Shown in pieces: positions 26,192 to 38,667 of a stretch of 64,000 bases of DNA. A program made the position numbers and the translations under genes. Origin of the DNA: Mobula hypostoma. Taxonomy: Eukaryota. Positions within the stretch are counted from its first letter, which is position 1, and the number at the start of each line of letters is the position of its first letter. The notes beneath the pieces were generated by a model. That model ran no database searches. It saw only the letters and a program-made list of their open reading frames with translations, and was not told the DNA's origin. The stretch spans positions 249,056,001 to 249,120,000 of the forward strand of contig NC_086097.1 in NCBI RefSeq assembly GCF_963921235.1, in the 5' to 3' direction.

Positions 26192-26278
26192 AGCCCTGTT
26201 GGGTCTCCTGGACCTCCAGGTCCTCCAGGTCCTCCGGGAATTCCAGGACATCCTGGTCGGATTCTCAACATAAAAGGA
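26192..26278 (+). CDS. COL15A1: Collagen XV exon ([29 protein letters not shown]), 87 bp
   Basis: ttttcag/gtaagt splice sites; ends in NIKG as human COL15A1 does. Confidence 0.92.
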
Positions 26279-26419
26279 GTAAGTTATTTCTTCACTTCTT
26301 TGGATTGCTCGTCTTTCTCTGTATTGTTCTTTTCCCATTTGGTGGTCTGATTTTTTTTAAATCACCTCTGTGTTCACTTGTTTTTAATTGCCAATTCGCT
26401 TTCCTTCAACTTTGAATAG

Positions 26420-26461
26420 ACAGTTTTTCCAGTTCCTCCCAGGCCGCACTGCAAAATGCCC
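26420..26461 (+). CDS. COL15A1: Collagen XV exon (TVFPVPPRPHCKMP), 42 bp
   Basis: aatag/gtaagt splice sites. The RPHCKMP motif matches human COL15A1 AIFPIPVRPHCKMP and favours XV over XVIII. Confidence 0.94.
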
Positions 26462-27466
26462 GTAAGTGTAATGAAGAATACATTGTCATGTTTTGGTATT
26501 GCAGTTCCTTTTGACAAATGGAAGCCCAACATTTTGGTAACCCAGCCGTGAGCGTATGCTTGGTCTTCTGTTCATTAATAATCCCTGAGACCCTTTTCTT
26601 TCTGCCTGTGCTTGTCCTGAATGCTACAACTTACATGCTTAACACTCCAAAAGTAAGTATTCATTTCTTATTAAAACTGGACCAGTTACTGACTTCAGAC
26701 ATGTTGTCTTGTGTCTTAACATAATTGTGAAGATGTGAACAGCCTTTGGAAATGTGCTTGTCTTGTGCAGCCAGGAGTACTGTCTCATGAAATGCACATC
26801 ACAGGAGGAAATGCTATGGCCAAGATGCCATTTCAGCATAACGTTGAACCAAGAACAGTACAGCACAGTACTGGCCCTTCGGCCCACAATGATCTGCTGA
26901 CCTTTTAACCTACTCTACAAAGTACATTTATTATCAAAGTTCATATATGTCACCATATACAACCCTGCAATTTGCTTTATTGCAGGCATTCTCAGTAAAT
27001 CCAATAACCATAATAGAATCAATGGAAGGCCTTACCCAACAGAACAGACAAACAACCAATGTGCAAAAGACAACAAACTGTTCAAATACGAAAGAAATAA
27101 TAATAATAAGTAATAACTATGGAGAACATGAGATGAGGAGTCCTTGAAAGAGAGTCCATGCATTGTGGGGACATCTTAATGATGAGACAAGTGAAGTTGA
27201 GTGAAGTTATCCCCTTTGTTTGAGGAGCCTGATGCTTGAGGGGTAATATCTGTGACTGAACCTGGTGGCGTGAGTTCTGAGGCTTCTGTACCTCCTTCCT
27301 GATGGCAGCAGTGAGAAGAGAGCATAACTTGGTGGTGGGGGTCCCAAATGATGGATGCTGTTTTCATGCAACAGCGTTTCATGCAGATGTGCCCAATGGT
27401 TGGGAGAGCTTTATCCATGATGGACTGGGCAGTATCCACTGCTTTTTTTGGTGTTTCCATACCAGG

Positions 27467-28862
27467 CCATAAGACCATAAGACCATAAGATATAGGAGCA
27501 GAAGTAGGCCATTCAGCCCATCAAGTCTACTCCACCATTCAATCACGGGCTGATCCAATTCTTCCAGTCATCCCCACTCCCCTGCCTTCGCCCCATATCC
27601 TTTGATGCCCTGGCTAATCAACAATATATCTGTCTCTGCCTTAAATACACCCAATGACTTGGCCTCCACTGCCACTCGTGGCAACAAATTCCACAGATTT
27701 ACCACCCTCTGACTAAAGTAATTTCTCCCCATCTCAGTTCTAAATGGACGTCCTTCAATCCTGAAGTCATGCCCTCTTGTCCTAGACTCCCCTACCATGG
27801 GAAATAACTTTACCATATCTAATCTGTTCAGGCCTTTTAACATTTGGAATGTTTCTATGAGATCCTCCTTCATTCTCCTGAACTCCAGGGAATACAGCCC
27901 AAGAGTTGCTAGATGTTCCTCATAAGGTAATCCTTTCATTCCTGGAATCATTCTCGTGAATCTTCTCTAAACCCTCTCCAATGTCAGTATATAGTTTCTA
28001 AAATAAGGAGCCCAAAACTGCACACAATACTCAAAGTGTGGTCTCACAAGTGCCTTATAGAGCCTCAACATCACTTCCCTGCTCTAATATTCTATACCTC
28101 TAGAAGTGAATACCAACATTGCTTTCACTTTCTTCACCACCGACTCAACCTGGAGGTTAACCTTTAGGGTATCCTGCACAAGGACTCCCAAGTCCCTTTG
28201 CATCTCTGCATTTTGAATTCTCCCCCATCTAAATAAAAGTCTGTCCATGTATTTCTTCCACCAAAGTTCATGACCATACACTTTCCAACATTGTATTTCA
28301 TTTGCCACTTCTTTGCCCATTCCCCTAAACTATCTAAGTCTCTCTGCAGGCTCTCTGTTTCCTCAATACTACCCGCTCCTCCACCTATCTTTGTATCATC
28401 AGCAAATTTAGCCACAAATCCATTAATCCCATAGTCCAAATCATTGACAGACATCGTAAAAAGCAGCGGTCCCAACACCATCCCCTGTGGAACTCCACTG
28501 GTAACTGGCAGCCAGCCAGAATAGGATCCCTTTATTCTCACTCTCTGTTTTCTGCTGATCAGCCAATGCCCCACCCTCGCTACTAACTCCCCTGTAATTC
28601 CATAGGCTCTTAATTTGCTAAACAGCCTCATGTGCGTCACCTTGTCAAAGGCCTTCTGGGAATCCAAGTACACCACGTCTACTGCATCTCCTTTGTCTAC
28701 CCTGCTTGTAATTTCCTCAAAAAGTTGAAGTAGGTCAGTCAGGCAGGATTTTCCTTTCAGGAAACCATTCTGGCTTTGGTCTATCTTGTCATGTGCCTCC
28801 AGATACTCTGTAATCTCATCCCTAACAATCAATTCCAACAAGTTCCCAACCACTGATGTCAG
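27467..28862 (-). mobile_element. CR1 LINE RT + 3' UTR with an (accataag)n tail
   Basis: LTSVVG...KAFDKV...SGVPQG.VLGP...KFADDTK motifs. Confidence 0.95.
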
Positions 28863-29887
28863 GCCATGATGCAACCATGCAGGAGAGAGATACTCTCCAC
28901 TCTACATATATAGAAGTTTGTCAAAGTTTTAGATGTCATGTCAAACCTTCACTAACTTCTAAGGAAGTAAAGGCACTACCTCGCTTTCTTCATAATGGCA
29001 CTCGTGTGTTGGGCCCAGTACGAGTCCTCAGAAATAAGAACACTGAGGAATTTACTCGAAGACCAATCTACTGCTCCCTACCCACATAGCCCCCGATATT
29101 TTTTTATCATCCATGTGCCTATAGAAGAGCCTCTTAAATGCCCCTAACGTATAATAATTACCATTATTTGTCACTGAAGGAGCTGACTCTGGAGGTACTG
29201 GGAAACTGCTTCTCGGGCCAGATGTGACCTGAGGAAAAGAAACAGCCAGCCAGATGTGATACCCTGCGATACACCTGCCTGAGTGGGCAATGAATGGAGC
29301 AGATGTAATAATCATTACATCTTCGAGTTGCAAACTCATTTTCGCTGTATTGGTGCATGACAAATTGTACAGTACTATGCAATGACAATAAAGATATTTC
29401 AATTTTCAAAGTGAAGAAAGTTAAATTTCTGCAGGCCAGTGCAGAATGGTTGAAAACAACTTACCCCTTACATCGTTCAATGCCCCGCCCCCTATACTTT
29501 CCTGCAGTCGCCTTAAAATTATGACCTTTGGTATTAGCCATTTCTGCTCTGGGGAAAATGGCTCTGAGCAGAACACATGGGAGAATTTTCTTTCATCCAT
29601 TGCAAAGCTGAAGTTACATTAATATCAACATCTACACATCTGGCATTTGTGTTTTTCTCATTGTTGCATAACAATTCAATTAAAACACTGGACTCACGCC
29701 CTCGGCGTTCATTAACTGGGTCTGCAGTGTTGTGCGACCTCGCAGTCAGCATATTGTCAATGCTTGCCAAAGATTCACTTTGTGCCTCCATCTGTGCTTC
29801 TTATCCCCTTGTACACCTCAATGAAGAAACATCTCATGTTCCTTCACTCCAAAGAGAAAAGTCCTAGTTTGTTCAACTTGTCTTAGG

Positions 29888-31025
29888 ACATAGACTAGTA
29901 CAGCACATTACAGGCCCTTCGGCCCACAATGTTGTGCCGACCCTCAAAGCCTGCCTCCCATATAACCCCCCACCTTAAATTCCTCCATATACCTGTCTAG
30001 TAGTCTCTTAAACTTCACTAGTGTATCTGCCTCCACCACTGACTCAGGCAGTGCATTCCATGCACCAACCACTCTCTGAGTAAAAAACCTTCCTCTAATA
30101 TCCCCCATGAACTTCCCACCCCTTACCTTAAAGCCATGTCCTCTTGTATTGAGCAGTGGTGCCCTGGGGAAGAGGCGCTGGCTATCCACTCTATCTATTC
30201 CTCTTATTATCTTGTACACCTTTATCATGTCTCCTCTCATCCTCCTTCTCTCCAAAGAGTAAAGCCCTAGCTCCCTTAATCTCTGATCATAATGCATACT
30301 CTCTAAACCAGGCAGCATCCTGGTAAATCTCCTCTGTACCCTTTCCAATGCTTCCACATCCTTCCTATAGTGAGGCGACCAGAACTGGACACAGTACTCC
30401 AAGTGTGGCCTAACCAGAGTTTTATAGAGCTGCATCATTACATCGCGGCTCTTAAACTCTATCCCTCGACTTATGAAAGATAATACCCCATAAGCTTTTT
30501 TAACTACCCTATCTACCTGTGAGGCAACTTTCAGGGATCTGGGGACATGTACCCCCAGATCCTTCTGCTCCTCCACACTACCAAGTATCCTGCCATTTAC
30601 TTTGTACTCTGCCTTGGAGTTTGTCCTTCCAAAGTGTTCCACCTCACACTTCTCCGGGTTGAACTCCATCTGCCACTTCTCAGCCCACTTCTGCAACCTA
30701 TCAATGTCTCTCTGCAATCTTCAACAATCCTCTACACTATCTACAACACCACCAACCTTTGTGTCGTCTGCAAACTTGCCAACCCACCCTTCTACCCCAA
30801 CATCCAGGTCGTTAATAAAAATCACGAAAAGTAGAGGTCCCAGAACAGATCCTTGTGGGACACCACTAGTCACAATCCTCCAATCTGAATGTACTCCCTC
30901 CACCACCACCCTCTGCCTTCTGCAGGCAAGCCAATTCTGAATCCACCTGGCCAAACTTCCCTGGATCCCATACCTTCTGACTTTCTGAATAAGCCTACCG
31001 TGTGGAACCTTGTCAAATGTCTTCA
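29888..31025 (-). mobile_element. Young 5'-truncated CR1 LINE
   Basis: Near-intact RT C-terminal frame (ORFs 30721-31026 and 29944-30717 in the same frame, separated by one stop codon). Confidence 0.95.
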
Positions 31026-31314
31026 TAAAAGATGCTCTCTAATCCAGACAGCATCTTGATAAATCTCCTCTGAAACCTCTCTAAGGCTCCCACATCCTTT
31101 TACCTAACCTTTGGACGCACTTCGAAGCATTCATGATCAAAGTCAATTCATTATCTTATTTTATCTTATCTTATCAATTTATTTATTAATGGGGAGAAGG
31201 CAGGATATTGGGGTTGAGAGGAAATGGACCAGCCATGATGAAATGGCAGAGCAGACTCGATGGGCCAAATGGCCTAATTCTGCCCTAATGCATTATGGTC
31301 TTATGGTGTTATTG

Positions 31315-31538
31315 CAAGCATAAGAATATCTGCTGGAAATCCAAAGCAACACACACAAGATGCTGGAGGAACTCAGCAGGTCAGGCAGCATCTATGGAAA
31401 TGAGTAAACAATCGATGTTTTGGGCCGAGGCCCTTCTTCCAGTCTGGAGAAGGGTCTCAGCCCGAAACATCGACTATTTACTCTTTACCATAGATGCTGC
31501 CTGACCTGCTGAGTTCCTCCAGCATCTTATGTGTGTAG
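31315..31538. mobile_element. Miniature inverted (hairpin) Penelope-terminus element with two degenerate hammerheads
   Basis: ~95-bp inverted arms meeting near 31440. Flanking direct repeat cttatggtgt(ta/cg)ttg at 31300-31314 and 31539-31553. Confidence 0.8.
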
Positions 31539-33284
31539 CTTATGGTGTCGTTGAGATACAGCTGGGAAAAGGCCCTTCCGGCCCTTCAAGCCAGGCTGCC
31601 CAGCTATCCCCCGATTCAACCCTAACCTAGTCTCAATGACCAATTAACCTACCGACCGGTGGGGAACCCACGCGGTCACCGGGAGAACATACAGACTCCT
31701 CATAAGCAACAGAGGGAATTGAACCCGTGTCAGCTGTACTGTAAAGCATTGTGCTGACCACTACACTACCGTGTTGGCCCAAACAAGAACTACCCTGAGA
31801 TTCATTTGTAGCAGGTATTGATGGGAAAATAAAGAAATACCATAGAATTTATGAAAATCTACATATTAACAGACTGACAAACAGCTAATATGTAAAAGAA
31901 ATCAAATTGTGCGAATAAAAAATAAATAATACTGAGAACATCACTTGTAAAGACTCCTTGAAAGCCAGTCTGTAGGTTGTGGAATTAGTTCAGATCTGAC
32001 GTGAGTGAAGTTATCCACACCGGTTCAAGAGCCTGATGGTTGTAAGACCAAAAGATATCAGAGAAGAATTAGGCCATTCGGCCCATCATGTCTGTTCTGG
32101 TCATTCCATCATGACTGATTCTTTACCCCTCACAACCCCAGTGTCCTACCTTTCCCCCGAAATAGCAGTTCCTGAAACTGGTGGTGTAGGACCTAAGGCT
32201 CCTGTACCTCTTTGCTGAACTTCACCTTAATCAATGAGCTCACCTTAAAACTCCTGCACTTGCTTGAGAGACAGAATTTCCGGAGCAATTTCCAGAGGCT
32301 TAACAGAATTGTCGATGAACCTTATGGGAAGCATGATAGTAAATAGAAATGAATGTGGCATGATGCATGGCGAAAATCTGCCGGTTAATTGTTTTGCATG
32401 ACATCGTTCAATGGTTCAATTTAATATCAGAGAATGTCTACAGTATGCAACCTGAAATTCTTACTCTTCACAGACATCCACAAAACAGAAAAAAACCCAA
32501 AGGATGAATAAGAGAAAATGTTAGAACCCCAAAGCCCCCCTCCCCCCCACACGCACACAAGCAGCAGCAAAACATCAACCCTGCGTTCTCCCCCTCCCCC
32601 CACTTGCTTCAGCAAGTGTGTCAGCCAGGAACCCCCCACCCTCCACCATGCTAGCAATAGCAAAGTCCCTGGAGACTACAATCTACTGTCCATCCCAACA
32701 CTCTGCCATCTCAGACAGGCTCTCAGTCTCACTAATGAGGGAGAGAGAGATATCACTCCTGCCACAGCGAGAGGGAGACCTTCAGCTCACTTTTCCGATG
32801 TTGCAATCTGCCGCGTCGCTTGCCTGAGCCTTCTGACTCGAAGACGAACAGACTCTCACCCACCATCGAGAGAGACGGGGAGAGCGGGATTGCTCGAGTG
32901 CAGGGGCCTCCAACAGCTGCTCACATCACCCGCTATCTCAGTGATTCTGTCTCCCACGACACCTCGGTCGGTGACATTGGAATCGGGTCGTCCACGGGGC
33001 CACAACCCGAAGGCACGCCTGGAGATATTGAAACGCCAGGCCGCTTGGCAATTCCGAGAGCGAGAACTCACCGCCCCTGACTTAGAATGCATGCTGCGCA
33101 CAATGCAGTGTCTGATGGGTAGAGAGTGTTGGACGTCGAGGGTCTGGATACAAAAACGCGAGTGCTCTCTGCATCTTTTGAGTCCTCAAGTGAGAAATAG
33201 TCTGCTCATTACTCTCTCTATTTATTGAGATTTGCACAGGAATATAGATTTATGCCAAATATCAGTTGTTAGAATTAAGGTTGT

Positions 33285-33805
33285 TATGGCCGGGGATGGT
33301 ATTGGTGACGAGCTCCCAATGGTGTGCACCTCAAACAGCCTCTGACAACAAGTCCAGCTCCTGTCCTTCACCTGTGGCTTAGTTACAAAGCCCAGCAGAA
33401 CCATTTCTACTGATAGGAGAAGGGGCAAAGGTGGGTTATCGGCACCTTAAAACCCATCACTTCGGGTAAATGGGGCTCGTCAGCCGTGGCTGGCAGCTCT
33501 TCTAAGAAAAGGAAATTCTGATCTCAAACCTCCGGTGCCTCGTGGCCATACCCACTCACTGGGAAGGCTTCAGGAGTAAACTCAAGAGAAATCTGGAGCT
33601 GGAGTCTCCATCTTGAGTTCAATGCTGACTGGCAACTCCTGCAACACTGCCAAACTGAACCGGTCTCTGCCGTCCCTTTGGGTTCATCAGATGTGTGGAG
33701 AAGGGGAGCAACAGCTTGCTCTCCATATCGTACTGGCCTGGCCTCTGTATCTAGACAGCTAGGATGCAATATTCATGGTTGACCCTGACCAACGGAGGCC
33801 TCAAT
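33285..33805 (+). mobile_element. ~520-bp non-coding interspersed element. Copies: ~42188-43222(+, split by a CR1 at ~42237-42700) and ~59088-59600(-)
   Basis: Three alignable copies. The 3' end catggtcgaccctgacc.acggaggcct resembles the tail of the SINE at 50226. Confidence 0.7.
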
Positions 33806-34736
33806 AAGATTCAAGTCATAACATCTGCTCATTTACCTCATCTCTCACCTCCACTCAGGGCCCCAAACTGTTCTCCCAGGTGAGGCAACACCTCACCAGC
33901 TAATCTGTTGCAGTCATCTACTGTATCCGGTGCTCCCGAATGGACATCCTCGACGTTAGTGAGACCTGACAAAGATTGGAGGACGGATTTGCCCAGCACG
34001 TTCGCTCCATCTGCAAGAAGCCAGACTTCCTGGTGGCCAACCATTTTAATTCCAATTCCCACATTCATTTGGACACGTCAGTTCATGGTCTCCTCTCCAT
34101 GACGAAGCCACTCTCTGGTTGGAGGAGCAACACCTCGTATTTCATCTGGGTAGCCTCCAGCCTGATAGTATGAACATCAATTTCTCCAACCTGGCAAATT
34201 TTTCCCTTCCTCTTCTTCCATTCCCCACTCTGGCCCCCTCCTACTCCTCACCCGCCTATCACCTCCCCCTGGTGCCTCTCCTCCTTTCTTCCATGGTCCA
34301 CTCTCTTCTCCCATCAGATTCCCTCATCAGCCTACCCCTTTTGCACCTATCACCTCCCAACGTCTTACTTCATCCCCCTCCCCCACCCACCTGACCTCAC
34401 CTATCACCTAGTTTGTACTCCTTCCCCTCTTATTCTAGCTTCTGCCCCCTCCTTTCCAGTCCTGAAGAAGGGTCTCTGCCTGAAACCTCAACTGTTATTT
34501 GTTTCCATAGATGCTGTCTGACCTGCTGAGTTTTCAATTTTGTATGGATTTCCAGTGTCTGCAGAATCTCTTGTGCAGTGTTAAAATAAGGATTATCGAC
34601 AGTGTTTGAAAGGTGTAAATAAACAATAGTTGAGATAATGTTAATTTTAAAATATTTCTGGGTGAATTTGCTGAGAGGTGTTGTGGAGAGAGAAAGTTTG
34701 TTTTCACTAACATCTTGTCTGTTTTTGATCTTTTAG

Positions 34737-34779
34737 ATAAATGGTCAATTTCAACAAGAAGGGGATGTCAACTGTCTGG
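34737..34779 (+). CDS. COL15A1: Collagen XV non-collagenous exon (INGQFQQEGDVNCL+G), 43 bp, phase 0-1
   Basis: Branchpoint-like cactaac, pyrimidine tract, ttttag acceptor and gtaggt donor. Supplies the phase 0-to-1 change needed between the neighbouring exons. The peptide itself is poorly conserved. Confidence 0.75.
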
Positions 34780-36099
34780 GTAGGTTAACTTGTTACCCGT
34801 CTGCTCACATCTGGGCACCAAGGTTAGCATGAGGCTATTACAGCCCGGAGCTTTTCGGAGCTCCGAGTTCAATTCCGCTGGCGTTCTGTGAGGAGTTTCT
34901 GTGCGTCCCTCACGTGGGAAGTGTGTGTCTTCACCGTGTGCTCTGGTTTCCTCCCTCGGTCTAAAGATGTACCAGCTAGGTTAATTGGTCATTGTAAACT
35001 GTCCCGTGATTGGGTTAGGGTTAATTGGGGTTGTGGGGTTTCTGGGGCGGCATGGCTCACAGTGCCAGAGGGCTGACTCCACACTGTATCTCTCAGTAAC
35101 ACAAATCTGCAATGCTTTTATTGGTTTGATCTATGTTACTTAGAGATACAGCGTAGTAGCTGATCCTTCTGGTCCAACAGGCCTGCGCTGGCCCATTTCA
35201 CCAATGCAACCAATTAGCTATTAACTCGGACGTGCTTGGACGATGGCAAGATACAGGAGCACCCGGAGGGAACACAGTCAGTCACGCGGAGAACATACGA
35301 ACTCCTTAAAAGACAGCAGCGGGAATTGAACCCGGGTCTTAGGCGCTGTCATAACATTACGCTACCGCCCCGCCCCCATTCTCCGCATGTGATTTCACTT
35401 TGTGACAAAGAATGTGTGCTTGTTTCTCCCGGTAAAAATGACCGTGGTCCTACCAACAGCAGGACAAAACACTTGGTCCATCCTGATCGGGACTTTGGCC
35501 TGAAGAATCATTCAGCTCATGATCGCCTATTCATTTCCAACCTACGTGCACAGTTTAGGTTTTCATTGGTTCAAACACCCAGAATAGCAAAGCTATTCAT
35601 CACTCTGACTAAATGCTCTCCTTGAGCAATGTGTTTCAGTGACACACGTTCATGATATAGATGAGGGAGGATATCAGAGCATCTGCTGTTTCAATGCTCT
35701 ACTCATGCTTTGAATGCAAGGCCTGCCCAAACTTGCCTGCTTGTTCTCTTTGACACAGTATTGAGCTTTACGATTAGATGGACACAGATAAAAGAGATGA
35801 ACTAACTTCTCTGATTGTATCTTGCCATAAGTTTTTAAATTAACTATATTCTCCACTGGATTGGACTCTGAAAGCTGCATAACATTTAAAGCATTAGAAA
35901 GGGTCTGCTGTGAATTTTTTCAGCAGCACCTCCAACTTTATTAAAGTGCAGAAAAAACGCATTTCATATTATCTATGCAGAACAAAGTGTTTTATGAGCC
36001 TTTTGAAAGTGCTTGAAATACTGCATTAAAATATGGTCAACACACATCAAAGTTGGTGGTGAACGCAGCAGGCCAGGCAGCATCTCTAGGAAGAGGTAC

Positions 36100-36135
36100 A
36101 GTCGACGTTTCGGGTCGAGACCCTTCGTCAGGACT
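36100..36135 (-). ncRNA. Minimal hammerhead ribozyme
   Basis: agtc ctgacga a gggt ctcg accc gaaac gtc gact (fully Watson-Crick stem II). Confidence 0.8.
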
Positions 36136-36959
36136 AACTGAAGGAAGAGCTAGTAAGAGATTTGAAAGTAGGAGGGGGAGGGGGAGATCCGAAATGATAG
36201 GAGAAGACAGGAGGGGGAGGGATGGAGCCAAGAGCTGGACAGGTGATTGGCAAAAGGAATACAAGAGGATCATGGGACAGGAGGCCTAGGGAGAAGGAAA
36301 AGGGGGGGGGAACCCAGAGGATGGGCAAGGGGTATAGTCAGAGGGACAAAGGGAGAAAAAGGAGAGAGCGAGAAAGAGTGTGTGTGTAAAAATAAATAAC
36401 GGATGGGGTACGAGGGGGAGGTGGGGCATTAGCGGAAGTTAGAGAAGTCAATGTTCATGCCATCAGGTTGGAGGCTACCCAGACGGAATATAAGGTGTTG
36501 TTCCTCCAACCTGAGTGTGGCTTCATCTTTACAGTAGAGGAGGCCGTAGATAGACGTATCAGAATGGGAATGGGATGTGTAATTAAAATGTGTGGCCACT
36601 AGAAGATCCTACTTTCTCTGGCGGATGACCTGATGGCATGAACATTGACTTCTCTAACTTCCGCTAATGCCGCACCTCCGCCTCGTACCCCATCCGTTAT
36701 TTATTTATATACACACATTCTTTCCCTCTCTCTCCTTTTTCTCCTTCTGGCCCTCTGACTATACCCCTTGCCCATCCTCTGGGCTTCCCCCCCCTTTCTT
36801 TCTCCCTAGGCTTCCTGTCCTATGATCCTCTCATATCCCTTTTGCCAATCACCTGTCCAGCTCTCGGCTCCATCCCTCCCCCTCCTGTCTTCTCCTATCA
36901 TTTTGGATCTCCCCCTCCCCCTCCAGCTTTCAAATCTCTTACTAGCTCTTCTTTCAGTT

Positions 36960-36995
36960 AGTCCTGACGAAGGGTCTTGACCCGAAACGTCGACT
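36960..36995 (+). ncRNA. Minimal hammerhead ribozyme
   Basis: agtc ctgacga a gggt cttg accc gaaac gtc gact. Confidence 0.8.
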
Positions 36996-38577
36996 GTACC
37001 TCTTCCTAGAGATGCTGCCTGGCCTGCTGCATTCACCAGCAACTTTGATGTGTGTTGCTTGAATTTCCAGCATCTGCAGAATTCCTCATGTTTACATTAA
37101 AATATGGTGGCTATTTTGGTTTGCAGAGTTTTTAGTCTACTGATTTAAAAATAATTGAAAGCCTTAAGTAGATAATTTACAACAGGGCAGCAGAAACAGT
37201 CACTAGTGTGGTCTACCATCACTGCAGGACTTGTGTGTGTCCAGGATAATGAAGCGGGCAGGAAATGTCATTGAGGACACTACCTACCCTGCAAACTGCC
37301 TTTTCCAAAAGCTCAATACTGCCTGTTGTTGGTGCTTGGGGCAGCAATGAAGGTCCCCCATTTCTGGCGGTGTTCAGGGTTTCTTCCTTCATCATGTCAG
37401 TAAGTTCCTCTGGGTTTCACTACTGTCAGTCATACAAGTCCCAGATGGAGACTCAGGAATGTCGTCACACTCAGATGTTGAGGGATTCTTCATTGCTGTT
37501 TCTGTAACAGTTTTGTTTTACTAGTCAGGTTTGTTAACCCTGAGCTGAACCCCTGAACCTGAAGACTGGTGGACCACTCTTAGTCTGACCTCTAACCTTT
37601 GACTTGTTTGGCATGGGTGACCCTACCAAGAGCCAACACACAAAGTCCTGACTCCGGGCATGCAAGCCTCCAAACCACGACAAGCTTCTGGTCCTCTTGG
37701 ACATTCCAAAGGCTCTCAGGCTATTAAAACAAAAACTTCATGCCATCTTAAAAGTTTCTTCCCCCAATCTGATCAACCATTCTAGTTAACCCCTTGCACC
37801 CCCTCTATCTATTACCCCTCTGCACTGTAAACACTTTAAACCACTTTGAATAATAGTTTACATTGTAAATACATGCTGACATTTATGTATTTGTGCACAT
37901 TTAATTCCCTATCTGTGGTCTGAGTTCATTTTTCTATAATTCTTTATTTTTTATAATTGTTGAATGTTGTTATTTTTGGTGCATGTTGTGCTCTGACCAA
38001 CATACACAGCAAATTCATAGCACATGGAAATGTATGTGGTGAATAAAACTGATCCATGATCCTTGAAACTTGATACTTTGATGTCAACGACATTATTGTT
38101 ACAGCCTCCAAAACAACTGAATGATGGAACTGGGATAATCGGTGTCAGGGCAAATTGTATCTGTGTAATTAACTAATTACACAGATAAAGGACCATGAGT
38201 GACTATGAATGTAAGAACGAAAGGGCCTTGCACAGTTTATTCTTGTAAATATATTTTTTATTATGAATAAGGTTTATCTTGATATAAAAACAATCCCTCC
38301 CACCATCTCATCATCTGCTGGTACCTGATAATAATAGCGTTATGTCTAGGTTATTACGGGGCAGCAGGGCAGAGTTATGTCTCTACCAAAGGTAAGATGT
38401 AAGTGTGTATCTCCACTCAGACACCCAGCTCACTTTGACAACATTCCTCAAAGAAACAATTCTTTACAAGTATCCACACGCCATTCATAATCACTCTGTG
38501 GTGTGTGGCAGAAGAAAAGGAAGGGTCCCTCCTGATTTCCTGGAAATATATAATCAACCATTCTTCATTCCTCCCAG

Positions 38578-38667
38578 GCGTGAAGGGGGAGAAAGGTTCC
38601 TTTGGAGCAAGTGGACCAAAAGGCGGTAAAGGTGAAAAGGGGGAGCAGGGGCCCCCAGGACTGCCAG
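38578..38667 (+). CDS. COL15A1: Collagen XV exon (GVKGEKGSFGASGPKGGKGEKGEQGPPGLP), 90 bp, phase 1-1
   Basis: ctcccag/gtattg splice sites. Resembles human GVKGEKGSWGLPGSKGEKGDQGAQGPPGPP. Confidence 0.93.

Larger units (their letters stand above)
36038..37094. mobile_element. Penelope-like head-to-head inverted element (- arm to ~36624, + arm from ~36627)
   Basis: ~430-bp inverted arms. 14-bp direct repeat CATTAAAATATGGT at 36024-36037 and 37095-37108. Confidence 0.92.

Noticed and set aside
32518..33228. 236-aa ORF as an independent gene
   Set aside because: It has no recognisable domain and lies within a repeat-like segment whose start (~32410) recurs at ~25960.
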